A stretch of DNA of 64,000 nt from Squalus acanthias (lineage: Eukaryota): contig CM059432.1 of assembly GCA_030390025.1 (NCBI GenBank), forward strand, positions 129,706,001 through 129,770,000, given 5' to 3'. The position numbers and the translations under genes are program-made. A model generated the notes under the pieces. The model did no database searches. It worked only from the letters and a program-made list of their open reading frames with translations, and was not told where the DNA came from. Position 1 is the stretch's first letter. The number at the start of each line of letters is the position of its first letter. This document shows, piece after piece, positions 61,760-64,000 of this stretch.

Positions 61760-62820
61760 TAAAAAGAAAGACTTGCATTTATATAGCACCTTTCACGACC
61801 TCAGGGCGTCCGAAAGCGCTTTACAGCCAATGAAGTACTTTTGAAGTGTAGTCACTGTTGTAATGTGGGAAACACGGCAGCCAATTTCTGCACAGCAACC
61901 ATGAAGGAATAAGCCATATAACCTATTCAGAAAAATACACTATCTTATGAAAGAATTCTGGCCTTATTAAAACATGACAAACTGGGTTTGGAAATTTAGA
62001 AACCTAACTATGAAATAGCTGTGAAAGAATTCTGGCTATTGAGATAAGACATTTGTTGACCCTGAATAAATAACCTTATTGAAACAGAAGGTGCATGGCT
62101 CCGACAGGCTGACCTTTGGGAACAAAAACAATGGTTCACCCTGGATAAGGTGTTCTAATTTAAACTTCGTAAAGATGGCACAAAAGATAAGGAACATCTG
62201 TCCTCGTAAAGATGACATAAAGTAAGGAACACCTGCCATCACACCATTTTTATATGGTAAACTTAGAACACCTAGAGATGAGACAAGGTCAGCCTGTCGG
62301 AGCCATGCACCTTCTGTTACAATAAGGTTATTTATTCAGGGTCAACAACTGTCTTATCTCAATAGCCAGAATGCTTTCATAGCTATTTCATAATTAGGTT
62401 TCTAAATTTCCAAACCCAGTTTGTCATGTTTTTATAAGGCCAGAATTCTTTCATAAGATAGTGTATTTTTCTGAATAGGTTATATGGCTTATTCCTTCAC
62501 ACAAGCTCCCACAAAAAGCAGTGTAATAATGACCAGATAATCCGTTTTAGTGATGTTGATTGAGGGATAAATATTGTCCAGGACGCCAGGGATAACTCCC
62601 CTGCTCTTCTTCGAAATAGTGCCATGGGCTCTTTTACGTCCACCTGAGAGGGCATCCGAAAGACGGCACCTCCGACAGTGCAGCACTCCCTCAGTACTGC
62701 ACTGGAGTGTCAGCCCAGATTTTTCTTTGTGCTCAAGTACTTCTGGAGTGGGAATTGAACCCACAACCCACAACCTTCTGACACAATGGCGAGAGTGCTA
62801 CCAACTGAGCCACGGCTGAC
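61760..62820 (-). mobile_element. Near full-length Deu-domain SINE (with tRNA head) interrupted by a foldback insertion
   Basis: Tail at 61760-61898, Deu core at 62500-62710, tRNA-like head (minus strand GTGGCTCAGTTGGTAGC..GGGTTCAATTCC) at ~62750-62815. Confidence 0.85.
61902..62499. repeat. Foldback element: ~215-bp inverted arms around a 168-bp spacer, TG...CA termini
   Basis: 61902-62116 is the near-perfect reverse complement of 62285-62499. Confidence 0.92.
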
Positions 62821-62927
62821 GCTTAAAATGAACAAAGACAGTGGGGGTAATTTTGACTTTTTGTGCAGTAGTGTAATACGGATGATAGCAGCCCGTTTTA
62901 CATCTCTCCCGCTTCTTATATCCATTG

Positions 62928-64000
62928 ATTCTGGCATCTATCCGACAACATGGAAAACTGCCCAGGTATGTCCTGTCCACAAAAAGCAGGACAAATCCAA
63001 TCTGGCCAATTACCGCCCCATCAGTCTACTCTCAATCATCAGCAAAGTGATGGAAGGTGTCATCAACAGTGCTATCAAGCGGCACTTACTCACCAATAAC
63101 CTGCTCACTGATGCCCAGTTTGGGTTCCACCAAGACCATTCGGCTCCCGACCTCATTACAGCCTTGGTCCAAACATGGACAAAGGAGCTGAATTCCAGAG
63201 GTGAGGTGAGAGTAACTGCCCTTGACATCAAGGCAGCATTTGACCAAGTGTGGCATCAAGGAGCACTAGTAAAACTGAAGTCAATGGGAATCGGGGGGAA
63301 AACTCTCCACTGGCTGGAGTCGTACCTAGCACAAAGGAAGATGGTTGTGGTGGTTGAAGGTCAATCATCACAGCCCTGGGACATTGCTGCAGGAGATCTT
63401 CAGGGCAGTGTCCTAGGCCCAACCATCTTCAGCTGCTTCATGAATGACCTTCCCTCCAACATAAAGTCAGAAATGGGGATGTTCGCTGATGACTGCACAG
63501 TGTTCAGCGCCATTCACAACTCCTCAGATAATGAAGCAGTCCATGCCCACATGCAACAAGACCTAGATGACTTTCAGGCTTGGGCTGATAAGTGGCAGGT
63601 AACATTCATGCCACAGAAGTTGCCAGGCAATGACTATCTCCAACAAGCGAGAGTCTAACCACCTCCCCTTGACATTCAACGGCATTACCATCGCTGAATC
63701 CCCCACCATCAACATCCTGGGGGTCACCATTGACCAGAAACTTAACTGGACCAGCCACATAAATACTGTGGCTACAAGAGCAGGTCAGAGGCTAGGTATT
63801 CTGCGGCGAGTGTCTCACCTCCTGACTCCCCAAAGCCGTTCCACCATCTACAAGGCACAAGTAAGGAGTGTGATGGAATACTCTCCACTTGCCTGGATGA
63901 GTGCAGCTCCAACAACACTCAAGAAGCTCGACACCATTCAAGACAAAGCAGCCCGCTTGATTGGCACCCCATCCACCACCTTAAACATTCACTCCCTCCA
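62928..64000 (+). mobile_element. LINE family A RT region; runs off the window end
   Basis: GIYPTTWKTAQVCPVHKK, NYRPISLLS, QFGF, ALDIKAAFD, QGSVLGP and FADD; highly similar to 1-820. Confidence 0.93.

Overview
A 64 kb non-coding (intronic or intergenic) vertebrate window, very likely from a cartilaginous fish (shark), inferred from HE1-type V-SINE, Deu-domain SINE and CR1/HER1-like LINE content. It is almost wholly transposon-derived, and I recognise no host gene; one 96-bp exon candidate lies near 61.4 kb. Retroelements: a near full-length CR1 LINE with an esterase ORF1 (5.6-9.7 kb), many CR1, CR1-like and L2 fragments, three SINE families whose tails match local LINE tails, three probable solo LTRs (one 1.6 kb with a perfect 4-bp TSD), and Penelope-like element (PLE) remnants carrying minimal hammerhead ribozyme motifs. 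DNA elements: a near-complete PIF/Harbinger transposon (convergent Myb-like and DDE genes, 40.1-44.1 kb), several Harbinger-type MITEs and deletion derivatives that favour AAT/ATT/CAT target duplications, and two Tc1/mariner-type MITEs with TA TSDs. Most notable: hammerhead motifs inside PLE inverted repeats, a MITE inserted at a hammerhead cleavage site, a ~600-bp TG..CA foldback inside a SINE, a 1.5-kb G-rich minisatellite inside a MITE, and an apparent extended Harbinger target-site motif. All family names come from recognition by eye; no database search was run.
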